Shown piece after piece: positions 17,501 to 24,676 of a stretch of 53,851 bases of DNA; within the stretch, counting starts at the first letter, position 1, and the number at the start of each line of letters is the position of its first letter. The stretch comes from an uncultured Anaerolineae bacterium (GTDB taxonomy: Bacteria > Chloroflexota > Anaerolineae > Fen-1058). Location: contig CAYGWJ010000073.1 of assembly GCA_964353405.1 (NCBI GenBank), forward strand, positions 1 to 53,851, written 5' to 3'. Below the pieces are notes generated by a model. It was not told where the DNA came from and did no database searches. It was given only the letters and a program-made list of their open reading frames with translations. Made by a program: the position numbers and the translations under genes.

Positions 17501-17962
17501 GCCGCCGGGGGGCGGGTCCAGTATCGGGCACAGATGCGCGCTGACCAACTGGCGGTCCTGACGCTGGTGAGCTTGAGCGGCGACGCGGACCTGTATGTCT
17601 GGAAGCCGCGCGCCGGACTCAAGCCCCACTATTACAGCAACGCCGTGCCAGGGGCCGGGGGGCTGGGCGCAGATAGCGTGGCGTTCTATGCGCCTGAAGA
17701 AGGCCTGTACGTGATCGAGGTCGAGGCCGCCACCGACGCCAACTATCGCCTGGTCACTGCCGGCGATATCGCCAGCATGGGCCTGCTGGCCCAGGCGCAG
17801 GACGAGGCGCTGCCCGCCAGCACGCACCTCTCGCTGGCGGATAAAGAGCGCCCGGCGCATCCGCTCACGCTGACCACACCCTTTAGCGCGGGGGGCAGCG
17901 AAGAATTGCCCGCAACGCCAGCAGTGCCATACCGGTACTATTTCCCGATAGTCTACAAGTAA
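11573..17962 (+). CDS. Giant secreted multidomain protein (2,129 aa)
   Basis: Start at MKRSTVNRISYSIVLAALLL (AAGGAG upstream). Order of modules: signal peptide, then Pro/Ala linker. Next a beta/gamma-crystallin-like module (VYFYENNNYGGWCTVL...MQSLRVG), propeller-like repeats, and at least 5 FG-GAP/VCBS motifs (AAGDVDQDGDDEVVVS, VGDLDGDGKKNEIAIA, ATGDVDSDGMEEAVYS, VGDADGDGRAEIVYN, LADLDNDSF). Then an Ig-like OmpL47/chitobiase-type module (GWYNTPITFAVTATDLNGSGVKSIE), a DUF11-like module, and a C-terminal PPC (pre-peptidase C-terminal) domain (LSGDADLYVWKP...YVIEVEA). Confidence 0.9.
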   Translation: MKRSTVNRISYSIVLAALLLSAVAPASVAPAATPVPSPAPLPAAPLPQAPPAEPPEPAPPAAPASAAPAAPPAQVEEAGQVSPAKPASPGSVPCANPPPQDIIPMGQDLELILGPFNNTTTRQITQTRNLVQPYAMSYLGPHTTATSNACTSNGPKPEEVYFYENNNYGGWCTVLTPGQYPRAIVDFPIRYIGNNMQSLRVGKNVVVTAWRYEQYTGSSRTFYSGEQLDHLGPEIPTDPCWATLCNNQANSAKVWVRPEVTGTVSAAALGTDSNIVLMKSVGGTLNAPTVELASMTWDAHNGWSSIVHHPITTTAGGSTLIPYGNPVVAVLLRDPIFFVRTGPTTSQNQLAFNVAKSTWSYLPDSSTSSGVITNAYSDPAVVVPDINHVKVFYRDVPTTTNGSIFMSQWDSNVGWSRTPINLGKPSGTYFVSEVNAVTRDENHVAVFAIGNDQALYVKEWSSLYKPDWSDTTWVQLMTGINKAQKPAVTSRHAGNVVVMALGATAVGGGYQPYYREWNAASYTDNVGTPRGWNTVQTPGGGLTSVGLVATGVDEMWAYGVSSANRVFVNKWTECSAANCFAGWSPGLGMNYMGLWSSGQVVAAVAGRPYDVMWYGRNTSNKVEVAQMTNVGAALNVTTEANYSWGMPRAQVIATVNARTVWVSLYRNGATNWYIDAKDTDAWTGTRRTATTTELPPTSTDTNKVSVAAGDVDQDGDDEVVVSTLDEAGHKITTRVYELTVSGSSVTAITEIANDIADYGAGVTLSDVNVDVGDLDGDGKKNEIAIAANRPGYAQVKIRVEQYLTTTTTLVDLADAAPDMTWQLDDVEMSVARVDDAGYEHIVVAAWTSDVGVGQIRAFALDRANATVTLAHAVDLGTYTGATGAYSTALATGDVDSDGMEEAVYSYATIIRAQSLESASNSTDPIDDMSGPVYGVSANDAGRSLAVGDADGDGRAEIVYNAGSTGWTGLLKLMDPSNATGLHVVGQASATPGVPLLADLDNDSFVATYVPNSCQEAWDARVVGVANSQPMYFKSDGGGWQDTGGGMAKGTGVITATEDGWSTSYGASLEIGLKQSWNTPILAIKLGEIRASVTEEALWKFGGGTEREHSTSAADGFEYSPPWEVPEHRTSHGAVCYSNTKYRCMAYSLVRANSTYTNPVKTCVPVIGAGSANLTCVSIEDWYSTDPAIGIRDALGGSWVPVGHHPVGQPDTVSYDLNVANNYPVAPSRFGLPAGLNRDLIWWRRTSPTDIGATSTGGCQTWEVEKTNSESSITSGGFEENTKVSFGADVFVFTFDASFTRGSGTEWSSKVGWEDKLSFSGRFCPYAAACPSSTCRPYSVVPYVYHATARTLAGATYSYLEQDYYRVPLALASEAAAQEAPAAVGLTPQEPVITSPTHPNPDTWYPADTVTFNWAQPPGDPARVIGYRWMLDELPLGSPGAMEVLTTTQTYRNVPDGVYYLHVLAVGDTGEYSPIAHRAFRVDMGAPKVAFAPIPSQPDGMNGWYNTPITFAVTATDLNGSGVKSIETSSDGTTWLSYTPLYVAADTPGRTLWARATDNLGHVSDIVSTTFKLDQTPPSVRDSDRYGLSYARIITDEVGNAQLVLGGALSDTLSGRLQVEVKAGETGEWNAISAVGDLPMPPGNWFTDTTMTSLQWMYTPTFEIRGAYPLYVRGVDMAGNYGHYYSNTLIMPGGCFWWDPVDVPALDESRVSVSPHQAKPGDVVAFTVAARDSGYQEAQYLITDTVPAGLTVLPGSITDGGQYDAATRQIVWTLHAAWPGQTRYLFFKATVDSATTTAALENQLDLMAYWPWDRTCDSRVPPEPARHYYSSTTTLTVLPGAAMRASAAAATSSPTAPQIINAAVVEGDIVGDPDVTLLVNASPEARYLYVREWVWNGALATWSQAHESGWVPFEAATGFVVSQDNIGKYGRYDWTLSEGDGIKYLGLWVADADGQTSNLNEGNLIHTNLLSAGGQQLAAGGRVQYRAQMRADQLAVLTLVSLSGDADLYVWKPRAGLKPHYYSNAVPGAGGLGADSVAFYAPEEGLYVIEVEAATDANYRLVTAGDIASMGLLAQAQDEALPASTHLSLADKERPAHPLTLTTPFSAGGSEELPATPAVPYRYYFPIVYK

Positions 17963-18053
17963 CGCAGTGATTGAACCCACCCGCCGGCCCCTGCGGCCTG
18001 CGGCTGGCGGGTGGGAAGGGTCATTCTTCACGATCGAGAAGGAGGCAAGGATA

Positions 18054-18290
18054 ATGAGTGCAGAACAAGTCAAGGCTTTTCTCAAATGGATCGAGGACGC
18101 CAAGCTTCGAGCGGCCTTTCAAGCCGCTAAGCCCGAGGCCCAGCGCGCAATGTTGAAGAAGGCCGGGCTGGATATTTCGCTGGAACAAGCTCTGGCGGCC
18201 ATGAAAGGCGAGCGAGAACTGGCCGACCAGGAGCTGGACAAGGTCGCCGGAGGAGATGGCATCGTCCGGCCGCCGCCTCCGCCCGAGTGA
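18054..18290 (+). CDS. Nif11-like leader peptide family precursor (78 aa) with a GG cleavage motif
   Basis: MSAEQVKAFLKWIEDAKLRAAFQAAKPEAQRAMLKKAGLDISLEQALAAMKGERELADQELDKVAGG|DGIVRPPPPPE. It is near-collinear with prochlorosin-type Nif11 leaders (MSxEQLKAFL...AGFxIS...ELSDEELEGVAGG). Strong RBS GAAGGAGG. Confidence 0.75.
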   Translation: MSAEQVKAFLKWIEDAKLRAAFQAAKPEAQRAMLKKAGLDISLEQALAAMKGERELADQELDKVAGGDGIVRPPPPPE

Positions 18291-18350
18291 GCCGATCCAC
18301 GGTAGGCGCGCGGTCACACTCGCGCTGCCGCGGTGAGGATAATTACAAGA

Positions 18351-18395
18351 CAAGGTCTCCTGATTGACGCACGCAAGCTCAGTCAGGAGACCTTG
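18351..18395. terminator. 13-bp-stem hairpin between the convergent Nif11 and tpx genes
   Basis: CAAGGTCTCCTGA-(19 nt)-TCAGGAGACCTTG. No clean T-tract on the plus strand; TCTTGTAATT follows on the minus strand. Confidence 0.45.
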
Positions 18396-18423
18396 GAGTC
18401 AACAAACCGGCCTGTTGTTCAAC

Positions 18424-18933
18424 CTACTTGGCGGCCTGCCTGAGGGCCTGGAGCGCTGCGTCGTAATTCGGATGGCTGGAAATTTCGGGCACGTATTCGA
18501 CATGGCGCACCATCCCAGCCTTGTCCACCACGAACACCGCGCGTCCTGTCACGCGGCGCTCCTTGAGATGCACGCCGTATGCGTCCGAGAACCCCAGGGT
18601 CTTGTGATCGGAAAGCGTTATCACGTTTTCCAGTCCAGAAGCGCCACACCACCGTTTTTGCGTGAACGGCAAATCGGCGCTGATGGTCAGCACGACCACC
18701 TCGCCGCTCAACCTGGTCGCCTCCTCGTTGAACTTGTGCGTCTGCGCATCGCAGATGCCCGTCTCCAGCGAGTACACCACATTGATCAGCCGCGCCTTGC
18801 CAGCATAGTCAGACAACTTGACGGTGGACCAGTCGTTCGCGGTCAACTCGGCATCGGGCGCAACATCACCCACCTTCACCGGATTGCCCGTCAGCGTAAA
18901 GGGACTGCCTTTGATTGTAATTGCGCGTTCCAT
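18424..18933 (-). CDS. tpx: Thiol peroxidase (atypical 2-Cys peroxiredoxin, Tpx)
   Basis: MERAITIKGSPFTLTGNPVKVGDVAPDAELT...LINVVYSLETGICDAQTHKFNEEA...SADLPFTQKRWCGA. AAGGAG lies upstream of ATG 18933. Confidence 0.92.
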   Translation of the reverse strand: MERAITIKGSPFTLTGNPVKVGDVAPDAELTANDWSTVKLSDYAGKARLINVVYSLETGICDAQTHKFNEEATRLSGEVVVLTISADLPFTQKRWCGASGLENVITLSDHKTLGFSDAYGVHLKERRVTGRAVFVVDKAGMVRHVEYVPEISSHPNYDAALQALRQAAK

Positions 18934-19132
18934 CTTTATCTCCTTTGTTTTCAAGGTTGAGGTGATTCTAGCATCGAGAGGTGTCTGCGTCAATGCGCTA
19001 AAAGCATTCCTGCGCTCACCGACAGCATTGACACGTTTGCCATTCGGATTTAGAATCAGTTACCGATTGCTTGTTCATCAAGCGTGTAGAATGTTCCACC
19101 GTACTAAAGCTGCATTGAGAAGGAGAAGAAAT

Positions 19133-19318
19133 ATGCTACCTCATTTAGGGCCTACGGAGTTGATCATCATCCTGGTGATCATTATCGTCCTCTTTGGTGC
19201 TGGACGTATCAGCAAAATTGCGGGTGAGCTGGGTCAGGGCATCCGCGAGTTCCGCAAGGGCCTGTCGTCGGAAGAAGAGAAAAAGGCCGCTGAGGAGAAA
19301 AAAGACAAGGAAAGCTAA
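19133..19318 (+). CDS. tatA: Twin-arginine translocase subunit TatA/E
   Basis: MLPHLGPTELIIILVIIIVLFGAGRISKIAGELGQGIREFRKG..., 61 aa. RBS AAGGAG. Confidence 0.9.
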   Translation: MLPHLGPTELIIILVIIIVLFGAGRISKIAGELGQGIREFRKGLSSEEEKKAAEEKKDKES

Positions 19319-19324
19319 CCCGGC

Positions 19325-20119
19325 ATGACCACAACTTCATCGGCCGGAAAACCCAAAAAGCGGTCCTGGCTCGACTATATCCGCGCGTTCGGACGCGCGC
19401 ACCAAAAAGCCAAGAGTCAGCTTGATAACTCCATGCCGCTGCTGGAGCACCTCGAAGAGTTGCGGCAGAGGCTCTTCAAAGCCTTTGCCGCTCTTGTTGT
19501 CGCCACCGGTATAAGCTTCATCTTCGCCGGGCAATTGGTGGACATCCTGGCTGCGCCCATCGGCGGACGCAAGGCGCTGGTCTCGATCGAAGTCACCGAG
19601 AATATGTCCATCTTTATGCGCGTCTCGATGCTGAGTGGCTTTGTGCTGGCGATGCCGGTGATTGTGTATCAAGTCGTCCGTTTTGTCCTGCCCGGTCTCA
19701 CCGACCGAGAAAGACGGTGGCTGCTTCTCGCTGTGCCCTTTGCCAGCCTGTTGTTTGTTGTCGGCGTCTTTTTTACCTGGTACATCATGCTGCCGGAGGC
19801 GCTGCCATTCCTGATGAACTTTTTGGGCATCACCACCCAGGTCCGTCCCAACAACTATTTCGAGTTTGCCACCTCGCTCATGTTCTGGATCGGTCTGGCT
19901 TTTGAGATGCCGCTGGTCATCATGTTCCTGGCCAAGCTTGGATTTGTCAAAGCCAGTCAATTGATCAAGTATTGGCGGCATGCCGTCGTGGTCATGGCCA
20001 TTGTCGCAGCCGTCGTCACGCCCACCATTGATCCCTTTAACATGAGCCTCGTCATGCTGCCCCTGGGAGGGTTGTACGTGATCAGTATTGTCCTGGCCAC
20101 GATTGCAGGCAAGGGCTAA
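19325..20119 (+). CDS. tatC: Twin-arginine translocase subunit TatC
   Basis: 264 aa with six TM segments. MPLLEHLEELRQRL N-terminal signature. Confidence 0.92.
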   Translation: MTTTSSAGKPKKRSWLDYIRAFGRAHQKAKSQLDNSMPLLEHLEELRQRLFKAFAALVVATGISFIFAGQLVDILAAPIGGRKALVSIEVTENMSIFMRVSMLSGFVLAMPVIVYQVVRFVLPGLTDRERRWLLLAVPFASLLFVVGVFFTWYIMLPEALPFLMNFLGITTQVRPNNYFEFATSLMFWIGLAFEMPLVIMFLAKLGFVKASQLIKYWRHAVVVMAIVAAVVTPTIDPFNMSLVMLPLGGLYVISIVLATIAGKG

Positions 20120-20120
20120 G

Positions 20121-20645
20121 ATGGAAAGCTTTTTTGGCATCGGCGGTCCTGAACTGCTGTTGATCCTGGTTCTGGCAACCATTGTCCTGGGCCCGCTCAA
20201 CATGATCAAGATGGCCCGCCAGTTTGGCATCCTGATGCGCGACCTGCGGAATTACTACAATTCTCTCACAGCAAACCTGAGCCAGGAACTGGGTGACCTG
20301 GCCGAGTTGCAGGATACGCTGCGCGGACAAGTCAGCGCCGCCCTCCCCAAGCCGGAAGAGTTGCAGGTTGCTGTGCCGGACCTGATGGCCGAAGCTCAAC
20401 AAGCGTTGAACACATCCGCGCCGAATCAGCCTGCGGTTGAATCGAGCGAGCCAGCCACTCCGGACGTTGAAGCAACAACGCCAGCCCAGATTGGGGCAAG
20501 CCCTGGCGAGCCTGGCACTTTCGAGCCGGCAGAACCGGAAGCCGTCCAGGTTGTTCCAACCGAAGAGTCCGGCAGTCAGCCCCAGGAGCCGGAACAAGCC
20601 CAAACGGCGCCGGCTTCAGCAGACAGTTCAGAAGCCAACTCTTGA
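20121..20645 (+). CDS. tatB: TatB-like Tat subunit (TatA/B family with a long acidic/Pro-rich tail)
   Basis: MESFFGIGGPELLLILVLATIVLGPLNMIKMARQFGILMRDLRNYY..., starting one base after the tatC stop. Confidence 0.75.
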   Translation: MESFFGIGGPELLLILVLATIVLGPLNMIKMARQFGILMRDLRNYYNSLTANLSQELGDLAELQDTLRGQVSAALPKPEELQVAVPDLMAEAQQALNTSAPNQPAVESSEPATPDVEATTPAQIGASPGEPGTFEPAEPEAVQVVPTEESGSQPQEPEQAQTAPASADSSEANS

Positions 20646-20649
20646 AAGG

Positions 20650-20671
20650 CGAGCCAAGTGGCTCGTTTTTT
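20650..20671 (+). terminator. Intrinsic terminator after tatB
   Basis: CGAGCC-aagt-GGCTCG followed by TTTTTT. Confidence 0.6.
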
Positions 20672-20685
20672 GTCAGCGGTGACTG

Positions 20686-21879
20686 GTGAACATTGTCATG
20701 GTCGGCCCATTTGCCTTCACGCCCAAAGGCACGGTCAGTGTGAGGGCGTTCTTTGCGGCGCGCGCGCTCGTCAAGCGCGGGCATCGAGTCACCCTCATCA
20801 TGCCACCGCACGACAACCTGGCCGATTCGGGCCGCGAGTGGGTACGTGACGGCGTGCAACTGGTGAACATGGTCATCCGCCGCGTCACGCCCATCACGCC
20901 GCTGACGGTTTCACTGGCGATGGTGCGCTGCGCGTTGGCGCTCAAGCCGGATGTGATTCACGTCTGGAAGCCCATCGGTTACAGCGGGCTGGCGGGACAT
21001 TTCCTGTCCGAGTCTTGTCGCGTCCCGCTCGTGCTTGACCACGACGACTGGGAAGGGCGCGGCGGCTGGGCCGACATCAATCCCTACCCACGCTTGTGGC
21101 GAGGGTTTTTCATCCGGCAAGAAGTGGACACCCTGCGGCGCGCACGCACGATCACCGTCGCCAGCCGGACGTTGCAGACGCAAGTGTGGGGCATGGGTAT
21201 CCACCCGGCGCGCGTGTTTTACGTCCCCAACGGCCCGGATGAATGGCTCAAGACAAGGCCAGAAGAATCGGCCGCCAGGCGCGCGCAGATTCGCGCCGAG
21301 TTGGGAGTGGGCGAGGGCAGGCTGGCGATCTACACGGGACAGATTCCGCACGGCAACGACCTTGATCAGGCGCTCTATGCGGTGGAAAAAGCGTTGCCGC
21401 ACTGCCCCGATTTGCGGCTCGCTATCCTGGGCTCCGGCGGCGGATTGCCCGCCTTGCGCGCGGAGGTGGCGAGGCGCGGGCTGGAACGTGTTGTGATTCT
21501 CAATGACAGATGGATGGATCACTCGCTCGTGCCCGATTACGTGGCGGCCGCCGATCTGGCGATTTACCCTTATCGAGACACCCTCGTCAATCGAGCCAAG
21601 TGCTCGGCCAAGATCATTGATTACATGGCGATGGGTCTGCCCATCGTCGCCAGCCGCGTGGGCCAGAACGTGGAATACATCGAACATGGCGTGAGCGGCT
21701 TGCTCGCCGAGCCGGGCGATGCCGATTCGTTCGCGCAAATGATGCTGGCCGTACTGGCCGATCCGCACAAGGCCAAGGCAATGGGGCAAGCCGCGCGCGA
21801 GCGTGTGTGGTCCAGATTCGATTGGGACAAGTTGGTGGAGACGGTGGAAGCGGCATACCAATATGCAGGATGCAAGTAG
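20686..21879 (+). CDS. Glycosyltransferase family 4 (GT-B fold)
   Basis: 397 aa. N-terminal MNIVMVGPFAFTPKGT...RGHRVTLI. C-terminal half has AADLAIYPY...AKIIDYMAMGLPIVASRVGQNVEYIEHGVSGLL (E-x7-E-type region). Confidence 0.88.
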   Translation: MNIVMVGPFAFTPKGTVSVRAFFAARALVKRGHRVTLIMPPHDNLADSGREWVRDGVQLVNMVIRRVTPITPLTVSLAMVRCALALKPDVIHVWKPIGYSGLAGHFLSESCRVPLVLDHDDWEGRGGWADINPYPRLWRGFFIRQEVDTLRRARTITVASRTLQTQVWGMGIHPARVFYVPNGPDEWLKTRPEESAARRAQIRAELGVGEGRLAIYTGQIPHGNDLDQALYAVEKALPHCPDLRLAILGSGGGLPALRAEVARRGLERVVILNDRWMDHSLVPDYVAAADLAIYPYRDTLVNRAKCSAKIIDYMAMGLPIVASRVGQNVEYIEHGVSGLLAEPGDADSFAQMMLAVLADPHKAKAMGQAARERVWSRFDWDKLVETVEAAYQYAGCK

Positions 21880-22279
21880 CAGGACGCGCGAGGCAAGAGG
21901 CAGGACGCAAGTCGCAGGGAACATACAGCACGGATGGTCGGTCGTTCGTCGTTGGTCATTTGTCATTCTGTGGATGGGAGTGATCTTTTGGTTTTCGGCC
22001 CAGCCCAAAGAGGCCCTGAATTTCGGGCAGAGCACGCTGATGAGCAAACTGGCGCACGTGACCGAGTACGCCATCCAAGGCTGGCTCATCCAGTGGGCGC
22101 GCGGCGGGCGCAATAGGCAGCGCGTGGGGTGGTCGTCGTGGCTGATAGCGGCGCTCTACGCGGCGACCGACGAGTTACACCAGTCATTCACGCCCGGCCG
22201 CACGCCGTCGGTGACGGACGTGATGATTGATTCATTCGGTGCGGCCATTGGAGTGGGGCTGGCACTCTGGCGCAGTTGA
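21863..22279 (+). CDS. VanZ-family membrane protein
   Basis: ...RRWSFVILWMGVIFWFSAQP...LAHVTEYAIQGWL...ATDELHQSFTPGRTPSVTDVMIDSFGAAIG. The start is uncertain: the only in-frame ATG (21863) makes the N-terminus read through two word arrays. Confidence 0.75.
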   Translation: MQDASSRTREARGRTQVAGNIQHGWSVVRRWSFVILWMGVIFWFSAQPKEALNFGQSTLMSKLAHVTEYAIQGWLIQWARGGRNRQRVGWSSWLIAALYAATDELHQSFTPGRTPSVTDVMIDSFGAAIGVGLALWRS

Positions 22280-22297
22280 CGGCGACAAGCCCTCGCT

Positions 22298-23113
22298 CTA
22301 CTCTCCATTCTCTACATTCTGCGCCTCCTCGCCGTCCTCCTCCTCACCGAACTCGGCATCGTCCATGAAGATGGGCGTTGCGCCCACAGCTTCTGCCCCA
22401 CGTCGGATGATAATGTCCCCAAACAATCGCTCCTGCATCACCTCGATGCGGCGGCGCCGGGCCAGTTCCAACACGGCCAGGAAGGTGACAGCGATCTCTA
22501 CTCGCGAGCGGCGCTGCAACAACTGCGTAAAGCTGATCTGCGATTGAGACTCTAGCCTCCGCTCGATCAGCGCAATCTGGTCGCGGATGGTGATGGTCAA
22601 CGGCTTGACCACATTGCCCACGGGCGGCAAGGGTTCCGCCACAGCCAGCGCTCGCCGCACTGCCGCCAGCAAGTCCTCAACGGTGATGCCCGTCAGGTCC
22701 ACGTGGGTCACTTCAATCTTGAGTGGCGGAGCCAGCCGGATAAAACTTCGCAGCCCTTCCGCCTCGCGCTGGCCTAATCCCTTGGCGACCTCTTTGAATT
22801 GCTTGTAAGCCAAAAGCTGGCGCACCAAATCATCACCCACGTCGTCTTCCACCTCGATGCTGGGCGGGCGAGGCAAGAGCGCCTGCGACTTGATCAGAAT
22901 CAGCTTGGCCGCAATCACCAGAAAATCAGCGAGCTGATCTACGATGAGGTTTTCCAGCAGGCTCATATAAGTGATATATTGCTCGGTCACTGCCGCCAGC
23001 GACACGGCTGTGATGTCTAGCTCCTCGCGCTCAATGAGGTAGAGCAGCAAGTCGAGCGGGCCTTCAAAGATGGGCAGCTTGACCTGATAGGCTTCGGGCC
23101 GAGGCATGGTCAA
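22298..23113 (-). CDS. scpA: Segregation and condensation protein A
   Basis: KLPIFEGPLDLLLYLIEREELDITAVSLAAVTEQYI..., 271 aa. Its start overlaps the kinase stop (ATGA). Confidence 0.9.
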   Translation of the reverse strand: MTMPRPEAYQVKLPIFEGPLDLLLYLIEREELDITAVSLAAVTEQYITYMSLLENLIVDQLADFLVIAAKLILIKSQALLPRPPSIEVEDDVGDDLVRQLLAYKQFKEVAKGLGQREAEGLRSFIRLAPPLKIEVTHVDLTGITVEDLLAAVRRALAVAEPLPPVGNVVKPLTITIRDQIALIERRLESQSQISFTQLLQRRSRVEIAVTFLAVLELARRRRIEVMQERLFGDIIIRRGAEAVGATPIFMDDAEFGEEEDGEEAQNVENGE

Positions 23114-24615
23114 AACAGCCTTAGTTGAGGTGCAATGTCAAATGCGATCACAAAGATGATGGCGGCAAGAATGATGGCTGCCACTAGCAGCCAAATGACC
23201 AGTTCCTGGCGCCGTTGCTTGGCCTTGTTTCTCGCAATCGTTTCGAGACGTTGGTGTTCCTGATCCCACATCTTGGCAAGCCGTTCCTGAGACGCGCGTT
23301 GTGTTTCGACTTTGATGGCAGCCATGCCTGACTGGCGGCGTTGGATGTGTTCTGCGTTGCTTTCGGCGTTTCGAGCCGCAATTTGGTCGAGGACAGTGAG
23401 CGAAGCGCCGCACTGTCGGCAAAGAGTTGCATCCACCCAGTTGATCGTCTGGCACTGTGGGCAGACTTTCTTCAGAGCTTGTCCGCACGTCACACATTGT
23501 CGCGCACTCAATTCATTGATGGTTTCGCAACGAGGACACACGCGCTCCGGGTGTGCGAACTTGGAGTTGCAGGGTGGGCAGGTTAACGTGCCATCCTTGT
23601 CGTCTTTGAGCGGCCCCTTGCCGCAATCAGGACATTGGAACGTCCCATCGAGCGACGGCGACAGGGGGACGGCGGACGTAAGCACTCCTTGACCTGTCGT
23701 CTTGCGAACTGCAATAGGTGACTGAGGTGTTGGGCCCCCTGCCGGGGTAGGGGGGCCGGCAATCTCTTTGGCTGCCAGGGCAAGGTCATCGAGCATCTCG
23801 CCGACGTGCCGGTAACGCTGGCCCGGATTTTTGACCAATGCCTTGAGAATGACACGCTCGATAGGTTCGGGCACGTTCGGGTTGACACGGCGCGGCATGG
23901 GCAAAGGAGACTCGATATGCTTGAAGATGATCGCTAGCGGTGTGTCCGCATCAAAAGGCAGCCGCCCAGTGGTAAGTTGGTACAGGATGATGCCGAGTGA
24001 ATAGATGTCACTGCGCTCGTCGCCGGAACGTCCCATGCCCTGCTCTGGCGACATGTAAGCGGGCGTGCCCATCGTCGTGCCGGTGGCCGTCAGAGTCTGG
24101 GCATTGCCGACCATGATCTTGGCAATGCCAAAGTCGGTTAGGATGACATTGCCTTTTTGGTCCAGCATGATATTGGCTGGCTTGACATCGCGATGCACCA
24201 TTCCCAAACCGTGTGCGTACTTGAGTGCGGAGCCAATGGCAGCGATAATCCGCACTGTTTCGTCAATCGAGACCCACTCATGCCGCTCTTCGAGTTTCTG
24301 CAGGTGAGCCTGGAGTGTCTTGCCGTCAATAAACTCTGTCACCATGTAATAGATGTTGTCTTCAACGTCAAAGTCGTAGACCTGGACGATGTTCGGATGA
24401 CGCATCGAAGCGATCAGCTTGGCCTCGCGCTGGAAGCGGGCTAGAAAATCTTGATCTTTTGCAAGGAATGGGCGCAACACTTTGACGGCGATATAGCGGT
24501 CGAGGTTTGACTGGTAAGCTTTGTAAACTTGTGCCATGCCGCCCTGACCAAGTTGTTCGGTGAGACGATACTTGCCCAATGTCCTGCCTAATAGCTCTTT
24601 CGCAGTCATTCTCAA
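23110..24615 (-). CDS. Ser/Thr protein kinase with C-terminal multi-zinc-ribbon, coiled-coil and TM anchor
   Basis: LGQGGMAQVYKA, AVKVL, HRDVKPANIML, DFGIAK, GTPAYMSPEQ. Then CPDCG...CPPC...CPRC...CVTCG...CPQC...CRQCG, a coiled coil, and LVIWLLVAAIILAAIIFVIAF. Confidence 0.92.
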   Translation of the reverse strand: MRMTAKELLGRTLGKYRLTEQLGQGGMAQVYKAYQSNLDRYIAVKVLRPFLAKDQDFLARFQREAKLIASMRHPNIVQVYDFDVEDNIYYMVTEFIDGKTLQAHLQKLEERHEWVSIDETVRIIAAIGSALKYAHGLGMVHRDVKPANIMLDQKGNVILTDFGIAKIMVGNAQTLTATGTTMGTPAYMSPEQGMGRSGDERSDIYSLGIILYQLTTGRLPFDADTPLAIIFKHIESPLPMPRRVNPNVPEPIERVILKALVKNPGQRYRHVGEMLDDLALAAKEIAGPPTPAGGPTPQSPIAVRKTTGQGVLTSAVPLSPSLDGTFQCPDCGKGPLKDDKDGTLTCPPCNSKFAHPERVCPRCETINELSARQCVTCGQALKKVCPQCQTINWVDATLCRQCGASLTVLDQIAARNAESNAEHIQRRQSGMAAIKVETQRASQERLAKMWDQEHQRLETIARNKAKQRRQELVIWLLVAAIILAAIIFVIAFDIAPQLRLF

Positions 24616-24676
24616 TTCCTCCGCGGCAATGGGTTGTCCACGTGAAAAAGCGTGATCGGTGTGATGCGTACTTGGC

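Noticed and set aside
20911-22113. 400-aa minus-strand ORF
   Set aside because: Antisense to the GT4 glycosyltransferase and VanZ genes. Low-complexity Arg/His/Pro-rich text.
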